Below, in pieces: positions 36,301 through 48,323 of a stretch of 64,000 nt of DNA. Positions within the stretch are counted from its first letter, which is position 1, and every line of letters begins with the position of its first letter. Source of the stretch: Octopus sinensis (Eukaryota). The stretch lies in NCBI RefSeq assembly GCF_006345805.1, contig NC_043003.1, positions 27,466,001-27,530,000 on the forward strand, read 5' to 3'. The translations under genes and the position numbers were made by a program. The notes under the pieces are model-generated. The model searched no databases and was not told the DNA's origin. It was given only the letters and a program-made list of their open reading frames with translations.

Positions 36301-39300
36301 TTATGCTACATCTCCCTCTACCTGAAGTGTTACGCAGCCTGTCCCTCTACCTGAAGTGTTACGCAGCCTGTCCCTCTACCTGAAGTGTTACGCAGCCTGT
36401 CCCTCTACCTGAAGTGTCCATGCAGCTGGTTATTTCTATACCTGTCCATCTCTCTCCCTCGTTCCTTTCTATCTCTTATATTTATATTGTCTCTTTCCCT
36501 ACATGCCCACCTCACCAATTACCTCTCTTACTTGCATCACTTCCTGTCTATCTCTGTTTCTCCACCTGTCCATCAAACACTCTGCCGCTCTACCAGGCCA
36601 TCACACTGTCTGCCTCTCTACCTGTTCCTCAGACAGTCTGCCTCTCCACCTGACCATCAGTCTGCCTCCACTTGACTATCAGACAGTCTGCCTCTCCACC
36701 TGACCATCAGACAGTCTGCCTCTCCACCTGACCATCAGACAGTCTGCCTCTCCACCTGACCATCAGACAGTCTGCCTCTCCACCTGACCATCAGACAGTC
36801 TGCCTCTCCACCTGACCATCATACAGTCTGCCTCTCCACTTGTCCACCAGACAGTCTGCCTCTCTACTTGTCCATCAGACAGTCTGCCTCTCTACTTGTC
36901 CATCAGACAGTCTGCCTCTCTACTTGTCCATCAGACAGTCTGCTCCTCTACTTGTCCATCAGACAGTCTGCCTCTCTACTTGTCCATCAGACAGTCTGCC
37001 TCTCTACTTGTCCATCAGACAGTCTGCCTCTCTACTTGTCCACCAGACAGTCTGCCTCTCTACTTGTCCACCAGACAGTCTGCCTCTCTACTTGTCCACC
37101 AGACAGTCTGCCTCTCTACTCGTCCATCAGACAGTCTGCCTCTCCACCTGTCCGTTAAACAGCCTGTCTGTCTACCTGTCCGTTAAACAGCCTATCTCTC
37201 TACCTGTCCGTTAAACAGCCTGTCTCTCTACCTGTCCGTTAAACAGCCTGTCTCTCTACCTGTCCGTTAAACAGCCTGTCTCTCTACCTGTCCGTTAAAC
37301 AGCCTGTCTCTCTACCTGTCCGTTAAACAGCCTGTCTCTCTACCTGTCCGTTAAACAGCCTGTCTCTCTACCTGTCCGTTAAACAGCCTGTCTCTCTACC
37401 TGTCCGTTACCAGCCTGTCTCTCTACCTGTCCGTTAAACAGCCTGTTTCTCTACCTGTCCGTTAAACAGCCTGTCTCTCTACCTGTCCGTTAAACAGCCT
37501 GTCTCTCTACCCGTCCGTTAAACAGCCTGTTTCTACCTGTCCTCTACCTGAAGTGTTACACAGTTCGTCTCTCTACCTGAAGTGTCTGTGTACATGTCCA
37601 TTACACAACCTGTCTCACTACTTGTCCGTTACACAGAATCTCTCCCTACCTGTCCGTTACACGGCCTGTCTCCCTTCCTGTCCGTTACACGGCTTGTCTT
37701 CCGACCTGAAGTGTTACACAGCCTGTCCCTTTACCTGAAGTGTTACACAGCCTGTCCCTCTACCTGAAGTGTTACACAGCCTGTCCCTCTACCTTAAGTG
37801 TTACACAGCCTGTCCCTCTACCTGAAGTGTTACACAGCCTGTCCCTCTACCTGAAGTGTTACACAGCCTGTCCCTCTACCTGAAGTGTTACACAGCCTGT
37901 CCCTCTACCTGAAGTGTTACACAGCCTGTCCCTCTACCTGAAGTGTTTCACAGCCTGTCCCTCTACCTGAAGTGTTTCACAGCCTGTCCCTCTACCTGAA
38001 GTGTTTCACAGCCTGTCCCTCTACCTGAAGTGTTTCACAGCCTGTCCCTCTACCTGAAGGTTTCACAGCCTGTCCCTCTACTGAAGTGTTTCACAGCCTG
38101 TCCCTCTACCTGAAGTGTTTCACAGCCTGTCCTCTACCTGAAGTGTTTCACAGCCTGTCCCTCTACCTGAAGTGTTTCACAGCCTGTCCCTCTACCTGAA
38201 GTCGTTCACAGCCTGTCCCTCTACCTGAAGTGTTTCACAGCCTGTCCCTCTACCTGAAGTGTTTCACAGCCTGTCCCTCTACCTGAAGTGTTTCACAGCC
38301 TGTCCCTCTACCTGAAGTGTTTCACAGCCTGTCCCTCTACCTGAAGTGTTTCACAGCCTGTCCCTCTACCTGAAGTGTTTCACAGCCTGTACCTCTACCT
38401 GAAGTGTTTCACAGCCTGTCCCTCTACCTGAAGTGTTTCACAGCCTGTCCCTCTACCTGAAGTGTTTCACAGCCTGTCCCTCTACCTGAAGTGTTCACAG
38501 CCTGTCCCTCTACCTGAAGTGTTTCACAGCCTGTCCCTCTACCTGAAGTGTTTCACAGCCTGTCCCTCTACCTGAAGTGTTTCACAGCCTGTCCCTCTAC
38601 CTGAAGTGTTTCACAGCCTGTCCCTCTACCTGAAGTGTTTCACAGCCTGTCCCTCTACCTGAAGTGTTTCACAGCCTGTCCCTCTACTGAAGTGTTTCAC
38701 AGCCTGTCCCTCTACCTGAAGTGTTTCACAGCCTGTCCCTCTACCTGAAGTGTTTCACAGCCTGTCCCTCTACCTGAAGTGTTTCACAGCCTGTCCCTCT
38801 ACCTGAAGTGTTTCACAGCCCGTCTTTCTACCTACTGGTTACACAGCCTGTCTGTCTGCCTGATGGTTACATAGCCTGTCTCTCTACCTGTCACTCTCTG
38901 CCTGTCCTTTTGACACTGTCTCTCTCTGCCTGTCCATCCGACAGTCTGTTACTCTCTACCTGTCCATCACACAGTCTGTCTCTTTTTCCTCGTCCATCAG
39001 ACACTCTGTCAATCTCTGCCTGTCCATCCGACAGTCTGTTACTCTCTACCTGTCCATCACACAGTCTGTCTCTTTTTCCTCATCCAGCAGACACTCTGTC
39101 TCTCTCTCTGCTTGTTCATCAGACTGTCTGTCTGTCTCTCTCTCTCGCTGCCTGTTCATCAGACTGTCTGCATCTCTACCTGTCCATCTCACAGTCTGTC
39201 ACACTCTATCTGTCCATCACCCAGTCTCTCTCTCTCTCTCTACCTTTGCATCACATAGTCTGTCTCTCTCTCCCTGTCCGTGTAACAGTCTGTCTCTCTC

Positions 39301-40800
39301 TCCCTGTCCGTGTAACAGTCTGTCTCTCTCTCCCTGTCCGTGTAACAGTCTGTCTCTCTCTCCTGTCCGTGTAACAGTCTGTCTCTCTCTCCCTATCCGT
39401 GTACAGTCTGTCTCTCTCTCTCTCTCTGTCCGTGTAACAGTCTGTCTCTCTCTCCCTGTCCGTGTAACAGTCTGTCTCTCTCTCCCTGTCCGTGTAACAG
39501 TCTGTCTCTCTCTCCCTGTCCGTGTAACAGTCTGTCTCTCTCTCCCTGTCCGTGTAACAGTCTGTCCCTCTACCATGCCGTCTCGCAGTCTGTCTCTCTA
39601 CCTGTCTGTCTAGCAGTCTGTCTCTCTACCTGTCTGTCTAGCAGTCTGTCTCTCTACCTGTCTGTCTAGCAGTCTGTCTCTCTACCTGTCCGTCTAGCAG
39701 TCTGTCTCTCTACCTGTCCGTCTAGCAGTCTGTCTCTCTACCTGTCCGTCTAGCAGTCTGTCTCCCTACCTGTCCGTCTAGCAGTCCGTCTCCCTACCTG
39801 TCCGTCTAGCAGTCCGTCTCTCTACCTGTCCGTCTAGCAGTCCGTCTCTCTACCTGTCCGTCTAGCAGTTCGTCTCTCTCCCTGTTCGTCTAGCAGTCCG
39901 TCTCTCTCCCTGTTCGTCTAGCAGTCCGTCTCTCTCCCTGTTCGTCTAGCAGTCCGTCTCTCTCCTGTTCGTCTAGCAGTCCGTCTCTCTCCCTGTTCGT
40001 CTAGCAGTCCGTCTCTCTCCCTGTTCGTCTAGCAGTCCGTCTCTCCCTGTTCGTCTAGCAGTCCGTCTCTCTCCCTGTTCGTCTAGCAGTCCGTCTCTCT
40101 CCCTGTTCGTCTAGCAGTCCGTCTCTCTCCCTGTTCGTCTAGCAGTCCGTCTCTCTCCCTGTTCGTCTAGCAGTCCGTCTCTCTCCCTGTTCGTCTAGCA
40201 GTCCGTCTCTCTCCCTGTTCGTCTAGCAGTCCGTCTCTCTCCCTGTTCGTCTAGCAGTCCGTCTCTCCCTGTTCGTCTAGCAGTCCGTCTCTCTCCCTGT
40301 TCGTCTAGCAGTCCGTCTCTCTCCCTGTTCGTCTAGCAGTCCGTCTCTCTCCCTGTTCGTCTAGCAGTCCGTCTCTCTCCTGTTCGTCTAGCAGTCCGTC
40401 TCTCTCCCTGTTCGTCTAGCAGTCCGTCTCTCTCCCTGTCCGTCTAGCAGTCCGTCTCTCTCTCTCTGTTCGTCTAGCAGTCCGTCTCTCTCTCTGTTCG
40501 TCTAGCAGTCCGTCTCTCTACCTGTCCTTCTAGCAGTCCGTCTCTCTACCTGTCCGTCTAGCAGTCTGTCTCTCTACCTGTCCGTCTAGCAGTCTGTCTC
40601 TCTACCTGTCTATCTAACAGTCTGTCTCTTCTCTACCTGTCCGTCTAGCAGTCTGTCTCTCTACCTGTCCGTCCAGCAGTCTGTCTCTCTACCTGTCCGT
40701 CCAGCAGTCTGTCTCTCTACCTGTCCGTCCAGCAGTCTGTCTCTCTACCTGTCCGTCCAGCAGTCTGTCTCTCTACCTGTCCGTCCAGCAGTCTGGTTTC
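33371..40800 (+). repeat. Composite minisatellite (~7.4 kb, roughly 240-250 monomers of 28-30 bp in at least seven related sub-arrays) in ZFAND2 intron 1
   Basis: Monomers include CAGTCTGCCTCTCTACCTGTCCATCAGA, CAGCCTGTGTCCCTACCCGTCCGTCGCG, CAGCCTGTCTCTCTACCTGTCCGTTAAA, CAGCCTGTCCCTCTACCTGAAGTGTTTCA, CAGTCTGTCTCTCTCTCCCTGTCCGTGTAA and CAGTCCGTCTCTCTCCCTGTTCGTCTAG. Copy number estimated from length. Confidence 0.97.
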
Positions 40801-41079
40801 TCCCTGTCCGTCTTTCTATCTGTTTGTCTTTTGCTTTCTGGAAGAGATTGATTCTGGTCAACCTTGGAGCAAGATGGACTCAGCCAGCTCTAAAAGTTGC
40901 AGAGAAACTTCAGTCAAGTTTCATAAATCTTTTGGGAGTCAGTTTAATATTTCCTGGCCTTTCAATACCAAACTGTTGCTGTATGGCAACACACACACAC
41001 ACTAATGGTCTCAGGAGAAGGCAGTACAATGGCGCGGCGTTTACTGTATTGGCTAAAACAAAACTAAAATGAAGACTTG

Positions 41080-43085
41080 TCATCATCATCATCATCATCA
41101 TCGTTTAACGTCCGCTTTCCGCGCTAGCACGGGTTGGACGGTTTGACCGGGTCTGGGAAGCCAGGGGCCGCTCCAGGCTCCAGTCTGAATCTGGCAGAGT
41201 TTCTACGGCTGGATGCCCTTCCTAACGCCAACCACTCCGTGAGTGGATTGGGTGCTTTTTACGTGCCACCTGCACAGGGGCCGGAGGGTCCGGCATCGTC
41301 ACGATCGGATTCGAGCATTTTAACGTGTCAGCGGCACGGGGGCAACGAGGTCCGGGGTACTTTGGGGATTGGGGTATTTTGGGGATCCAGGGTACTTTGG
41401 GGATCCGGGGTACTTAGAATGGGTAGGGGGGTACTTAGAATGGGTAGGGGGGGTACTTAGAATGGGTAGGGGGTATGTGGAATTGCTGCAGAAAGCAGCC
41501 CGGGTCTTTGTAGTCACAGCATATCTCCAGAGATCTCGGTCCTTCGCCATTGCCTCAGTGAGGCCCAATGCTCTGAGGTCATGCTTGACCACCTCATCCC
41601 ATGTCTTCCTGGGTCTACCTCTCCCCCTGATACCTTCAACTGTTTGGGAGTGGCACTTCTTCACACATCTCTCTTTCCATCCGCAGCACATGACCATACC
41701 ATCGCAAGCGTCGCTCTTGCACACCACATCTGATGCTTCTTATATCCAGCATTTCTCTCAGGATACTTACACTCTGTTTTGCGTGCACACTGACACTACA
41801 CATCCAGCGGATCATGCTAGCTTCATTTCTTTCAAGTCTACGCATGTCTCTGCAGTCACAGCCCATGTTTCATTACCGTGAAGCATGGCAGTTCGCACAC
41901 ATGCATCATATAATCTACCTTTGCTCTGAGGGAGAGGCTTTGTTGCCAGTAGGGGTAGGAGCTTTCTGAACTTTGCCCAGGCTATTCGTATTCTAGTGGT
42001 GATACTCTCTGTGCATCCACCTCCGCTACTAACTTGGTCTCCCAGGTAGCGGAAACTATCAACTACTTCTAGTTTCTCTCCCTGGAGTGTGATGGAATCT
42101 GTTTCTGAGTGTCTGTTGTGTCTATTGTCCCTGTGCATCTGCCGCACATGAAAGCTATCTTATCTGTTAATTTCCCTTTAATGTTGCTGCACCTCTTATG
42201 TGTCCATAACTTACATTGGGTGCATCTTATGGAGTTTCTACCTGTACCTTCCTACAGGTTGAGCAGGGCCACCTACCCGAGGGGATGTGTGTTGAGTACC
42301 TCTTGCTGCTTACTAATACTTTGGTCTTTGCTACATTTATTCTAAGGCCTTTGATTCCAACCCTTGCTTCTACCCGAAATTTCTCTTCTAGTTCCGGTAG
42401 TGATTCTGCTATGAGAGCTAGGTCATCGGCATAGAGGAGCTCCCAGGGGCATCCCGTTTTGAATTCCTCTGTTATTGCTTGAAGTACTATGATGAACAAA
42501 AGGGACTGAGGCTGAGCCCTGGTGCACACCTACTTCTACTCGGAATTCTTCACTATATTCGTTGCCAATCCTAACCTTGCTAACAGCCTCTCTGTATAGA
42601 GCCTGTACAGCCCTTATTAGCCATTCTTCAATCTCCAGTTTCCGCATCGACCACCAGATAAGGGAACGGGGAACCCTGTCAAAGGCTTTCTCCAAGTCTA
42701 CAAAAGCTATGTAGAGGGTTATCTTTAGCTAGGTACTTCTCCTGCAGTTGTCGGACCAGGAATATAGCATCAGTGGTGCTTCTACCTGGTACAAAACCGA
42801 ACTGCATTTCATCTAAACAAATTCTCTCCCTAATGAGATTGGTTATGACCTTCTCTGAGACCTTCATCACCTGGTCCAACAGTTTGATACCTCTGTAGTT
42901 ATTTCTATCTAGAGCATCACCCTTACCTTGTAGCAGTTGACTATGGTACTGCTGCACCAGTCATTGGGTATGGCTCCATTGTGAACTACCTGGTTTACAA
43001 TGCGGGTGACTATGGCATGGCCCACATAGCCAGCTGTTTTAAGCATCTCAGCAGTGATTCCTGATAGGCCAGGGGCTTTGCCTGA
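41080..43085 (-). mobile_element. 5'-truncated RTE-clade LINE (RT domain to (GAT)n tail), antisense in intron 1, frameshifted
   Basis: Motifs GKAPGLSGITAEMLK, NYRGIKLL, QFGFVPGRSTTDAIF, LEKAFDRVP, VGVHQGS, LLYADDLAL, FRYLGD and RGRGRPRKTW spread over shifted frames. Confidence 0.93.
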
Positions 43086-43172
43086 CACATACGTGTCTAT
43101 ATGTAAATATACATGTATGTGCTTGCCTATTTATATATTCTTTTGTGTGTATACATGTTCTCTCTTTCTACA

Positions 43173-43208
<36 letters not shown>

Positions 43209-43779
43209 CACACACACCTATGAATATTACAAGTATGTTTGACCATATTACACTTGTGTTAATAAATAGCTGCTTGTTTCTCAATCTGTGTGTGTATTTG
43301 TATTATATATATATATGTCTTTGTGTGAGTGTAGTGATGATGTATAAATTGTGTGTATTTGTTTAATAATCAATCAGCTGAACAAGCTCATTGCCTGAAT
43401 TGACAATGTTCTTACTATCATCACCAACCGCAACAACTTAGTACATGTATTAATGACAGAACTTGCATGTAGTCACTCAGCTTGCTAGAAGTAGCAACAA
43501 AATTTTTAGGGATGTAAACAAACCAACACTAGATGTCAAACAATGGTGGTGGACAAACGCAAAGACATTCATACATGCGTGTACACACACGACAGGCTTC
43601 TTTCATTTTCCATCTACCAAATCCACTCACAAGCCTTGGTCAGTTTGAGGCTAGAGCAGAAGCCATTTGCCCAGGGTGTTACACAGTGGGACTGAATCCT
43701 GGACCATGTAGTTGAGAAGCAGGCTCCTTACCACACACACAAACACACATATACATGCATATGTATACATATGCATAAA

Positions 43780-44131
43780 CGAGCAAAACGCACCCCCATC
43801 CAATGGACGGTGTTGAGTTGTCAAACATTTAAACCAAATTTCGACTGTCCCATAGGCCTCCCCTTTGAGAAACACTGATTTAACCTAAATTTGATACACC
43901 AGCAAAAGAAGAAATAAAGATAGACTTTTTTTCTATTCCAAAGGAAAATGATTTCTTACGGCTTTATCAATCGCATTCTCACTTGGAATCGATTTTTGTA
44001 CTCTTTTCAAGAATTATACATGCTCTGATACCGTCGGTATCTACATATCAAATTTGAGCGCAATTGGATGGAGGATGTCCGAGATCCTAGAAGCCACACG
44101 CACACAGACAGAACGGATTTTATATAAGAGA
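43780..44131 (-). mobile_element. Helitron-like non-autonomous element (family H2), copy 1
   Basis: On the minus strand A|TCTCTTATATAAAA...CCGTCCATTGGATGG-GGGTGCGTTTTG-CTCG|T. Confidence 0.7.
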
Positions 44132-44459
44132 TTTGTACATACACACACACACATTTTAATGTCCATTTTTCCAAGTGAGTATTGGTTTGATGAAGACATG
44201 ACATTATTTTACTGCTAGATGCTTTTCCTAAAGCTAACAATTACCTGTTTTTACAAGTGAGGGTTTTTTTTTCTTCAAAATTGCGAAGATATAAGGCGAT
44301 TAAAAAAAATTCTTTTGTTTTTTAAAGTTGTTGACATAGTGTTGTCATTTATGCTTGAGGGATTTCATTCAATGACTACACAGATTGTAAGCATTTGCAA
44401 ACATAAATGCATATACTTCAATTTCATGTTGTGTGTCTCAATCAATAATATCAATGTAA

Positions 44460-45120
44460 TTGAGTGGTCTTCATCCTCCAGTAGGGTGTGGAAATATAAA
44501 TAACATTTATTGTAGCCTGCTGTTCAGCACAATAGCAGTGGCCAGCAATGTCTACTTTATGTTGAGTAATAATTACAAAGATGGGTAGAATATACCCATA
44601 AATCTCCTCTTTATTCTTGTGCTCATGGCATGAGATATTTTGAGCCCTCATGAGAAGCCAGATATATGTATATGTGCCATTAAGGTGATCTTGAAGCCCA
44701 GGTTTTAGCTCCATAAACGAAAATGCTCTCTACATATGCTCTGAAGAAGGTAAGCATTGTTGACTTTCAAGCGTGTCATTGCTTGATGTTTCGAAGCATG
44801 ATATAGGCACTCTAGGCTTGTCCCTTGCATGTAAGGAAGTCTTTCTTATTGTCAGCAACAAAAGACTCAAGAAACCAACCTCCTTGAGCCATGTGATATC
44901 ATTGAAACAAATTGTCTGGTGGCTCTTATCTTCATTGAGAGCTTCTCCAGTGATTTATATTGTGAGAGAAACCACTGACCAGTGTCAAGATGCATGGTTT
45001 CAGCATTTTAAATTGTTGTTTTGTAATATAGAGCTACATATCATCAAACATGACAATCTTTTTCTCAACCACAAAGTTGCAGATGACCTATCGATCCTGA
45101 CTGGCCAATTGACTGAAACT
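44460..45120 (-). mobile_element. Ancient degenerate RTE-like LINE, RT C-terminal region
   Basis: Fragmented translations resembling ..LLMRAQNISW.EH..KEEIYG..FAGHC.RA..; many stops. Confidence 0.5.
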
Positions 45121-45689
45121 TAGGTGTATCAAGGATCTTAACCTAGTTTCCATAGCATATGTGACTGAGATTATAACTCTTTCCCCTGAATGGGATGCCA
45201 GTCTATCACAGTGTTAACTTTCCAGCTATTGGTGGAACCTATTTGTAGCTGAGTGAAGTGGAGCAATGTGAAATGAAGCGTTTTGTTCAAGACCACACTA
45301 CCCAGTTCAGGAATTTAAACCATGATCTTGCAGTCATGTGTGCAACACCCTATCTATTTATTAAGCCATGTATCTTCACTTTTACTAAAATGCCTAAAAA
45401 TATTAAAAAGAAAAAGAAAAAACACCAGGTCCAGATAATATTCTAGTCATTGTGTGAATCTACTCTTCCACAGACACTTGTTAGAATTCTGTAATGAGAT
45501 CTATAAAGGAAACACATTGACAGCCTTCTTGAAGTCTTCAATTACTTACTTTACCTGCTTCAGAACTTGAGGTCATCTTCATCTGCCTCACAACTACAGA
45601 AGAAAATATTCTTCCATCTCTATCCTTAAAAATTTACAACTGTGGGCCCCTTAATGAATTTCCCCTCACATTAACCCCATCCTAAGACA

Positions 45690-46190
45690 GAACTAAAATG
45701 TTTTCTGCAAAGGCAAATCAACACTACCACAATGCATTTGATAGTATCAAGGAAAGAGCCATCTTACATATCCTGTTAAATTATAGTATCTCAGATGAGA
45801 TTGTCATAGCTATAACCCTCAGGTATGAAAACCCATGAATTTTTATTTCAAAGTACAAGCAATCCAACTAAAAAGTTTCTAACAACAGCAGGAATCTTTC
45901 AAGGAAGCACCTTGGCTTTTCTGTTTGTGATTATAGTGGAGTACATCCTAGTAAAGTCATGATCCCATTCACAACAAAAGCTTCACTCTCAAGCAGTAGT
46001 GATTGAAGCATCAACAAAATACTTACCTCTCTGACTGTGACTGTGTTGAAGATATTGCCCTCACAGTTCAATGGTGTTACTGAGCTGTGCACAAGACTGG
46101 CTGATATCCCTTGAGCTGAAGTATGTCTGTTTCTTTATCCAAAGAAGACTGAATGCATGATTATTAGTGAAGGTGTTCTATATAGAATCA
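45690..46190 (+). mobile_element. Ancient degenerate RTE-like RT fragment
   Basis: AFDSIKERAILHILLNYSI, AGIFQGSTLAFLFVIIVEYIL and KKTECMII resemble RT motifs. Confidence 0.5.
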
Positions 46191-46508
46191 GCTTCTATAT
46201 AGTTGCATACCAGTTCCACTCTCAAGACATTAGTTGATCCAGGGCATAAAGTAAAAGATACTTGCCCAATATACCATGCAGTGGGTCTGAACCCCAAATC
46301 ATATGCTTGTGAAACAAACTTCTTAAACATACAGCCATGCTTGTACATGTATGTGTGCTAAATAATTATGCATAACACATGTATTAGGAACATAAGATAA
46401 ATTGAGACATTGAACAGATATACATATAACCTGTTATTCTCTTTGGACAATGAAAATAATGGTGATTCTCCAGACATGTTTCACAATTCATTGACTCCAA
46501 ATCAGAAG

Positions 46509-46564
<56 letters not shown>

Positions 46565-47121
46565 TTCCTCTAACCCACTAGCATACTGTGTCTTCTCTCT
46601 GCCTTTTCTACTGGTACTATAATGGTCTTTGCTTCTCAGCTGTCTTTCCTCATGCCACTTCCCTTAGACAACCCTGACTCTCTGCTCTTCCCATTACCCA
46701 TGTTGTGTCAGTTCACTCTCCTCCTCCATTAGGCCCCACCCTGATCACTACACCTAGTCTTTCTTCCCCAGAACATTTGCTCCACTGGAATCTCTTCCCA
46801 GCTCAATCTTTCCTCCAGTTCAAGTGGAACATTAATTACATCAACCTCACTGCTGATGAAGAGCCTGCAAAGGCCTTGGGCACTGTCCCTTCCTTCAAAC
46901 TCACCTAGCACAGAAAAATGTCTTCATATTTGTATATTAAAACCACAGACTCTAGTATGTTTTGTATGTATGTATGAAGTGTACAAGTGTAGCTGCACTT
47001 GGGTTCAGTATGCCTATGCTGCACTTTGAGCAAGTATGTTCTTTTATAGGTCTGGGCTGAATTGATTTGGTATATGGAAACTGAATGAAGCCTGTTATAC
47101 ATATACAAACATATGTATATA

Positions 47122-47565
47122 CGAGCAAAACGCCCCCCGTCCAATGGACGGTGCTGAGTTGTCAAACATTTAAACCAAATTTTCTCAAAACAATTTGTCC
47201 GACCATCCCATAGGCCTCCTCTTTGAGAAACACTGATTTAACCTAAATTTGAGACACCAGCAAAAGAAGAAATAAAGATAGACTTTTTTCTATTCCAAAG
47301 AAAAACGATTTTATTCACACAAATATGCAACCGAAGAGTTTAAAGTACCAGTGAGTACATCGCAATAGCTGATGTACTTGTGCGTACAAATGCACGTTCC
47401 CACGGTTTTATCGATCGCATTCTCACCTGGAATCGTTTTTTGTAATTTTTTCAAGACTTATACACGCCCTGATACCGTCGATATATACATATCAAATTTG
47501 AGCGCAATCGGATGGAGGATGTCCGAGATCCTAGAAGACAGACAGAACGGATTTTATATAATAGA
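47122..47565 (-). mobile_element. Helitron-like non-autonomous element (family H2), copy 2
   Basis: A|TCTATTATATAAAA...CCGTCCATTGGACGG hairpin...GCGTTTTG-CTCG|T; collinear with copy 1 but ~90 bp longer. Confidence 0.72.
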
Positions 47566-48291
47566 TGTGTTTCCATGTTCTCTTGCCTTCACTTCATGTA
47601 ATGGTTGTAAAAGAGCAGCACTCAAACAAGTGATGTTCTTCATTTGCTGCCTTGCATCCACAGAGGACATTTTACCTTGCTTGGAAACAGGTGAGAGTTG
47701 GCAATATGAAGGGCGTCCAGCTATTAAAAACTTTTCAAATTCCGTCTGACCTATGTGAGCATAAAAAAGTGGACGTTACGTGATATATAGGGAGCTGACA
47801 GTAGGCGTATGCGTACATACACACATACCTTTTATATATATACATGTATATTGGTAGTGAGGTCAAAAGGTGACAGTTAATACAACTTAAGGTCAACATC
47901 AGTGGAGGAACGAATTTATTTTGGTGAGGAAGGGTATCTGTGTATGTATACTTTAACTCGCCCATGTACGTGTGTGTGTGTGTGTGTGTGTGTGTAAATA
48001 TATATGCATACATCACATATATACCTGCACACATACATACGTCTATGCATATGGACGTATATACCTACATGTACGGATAAATACAGGTGTAACACACACT
48101 TGTCCAACTGTTTGTCGTTTCATATCCCCTATCTACTGCAATCACTATGTGTCTGCCTGTTTATAAGTGCTATTAGTGAGGTAACCCTCATGAGCTCTGA
48201 TGCAGCATCTCTTTGACAAAGACGTTCCAGCTTTGCCCATCTCGTATTTCCGGATACCTCAGACAATGTTATTCAATACATACATGCACAC

Positions 48292-48323
<32 letters not shown>

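Noticed and set aside
34713-39576. Long ORFs (up to 283 aa) across the satellite
   Set aside because: Stop-free by-product of 28-30 bp monomers cycling through frames; no start context, splice support or domain.
33371-40800. CRISPR-like appearance of ~28-bp repeats
   Set aside because: The monomers are contiguous with no unique spacers, there are no cas genes, and the context is a eukaryotic intron.
46855-46885. CTGATGAAGAGCCT-GCAA-AGGC partial hammerhead-like motif
   Set aside because: The GAAA half of the core and stem III are missing.
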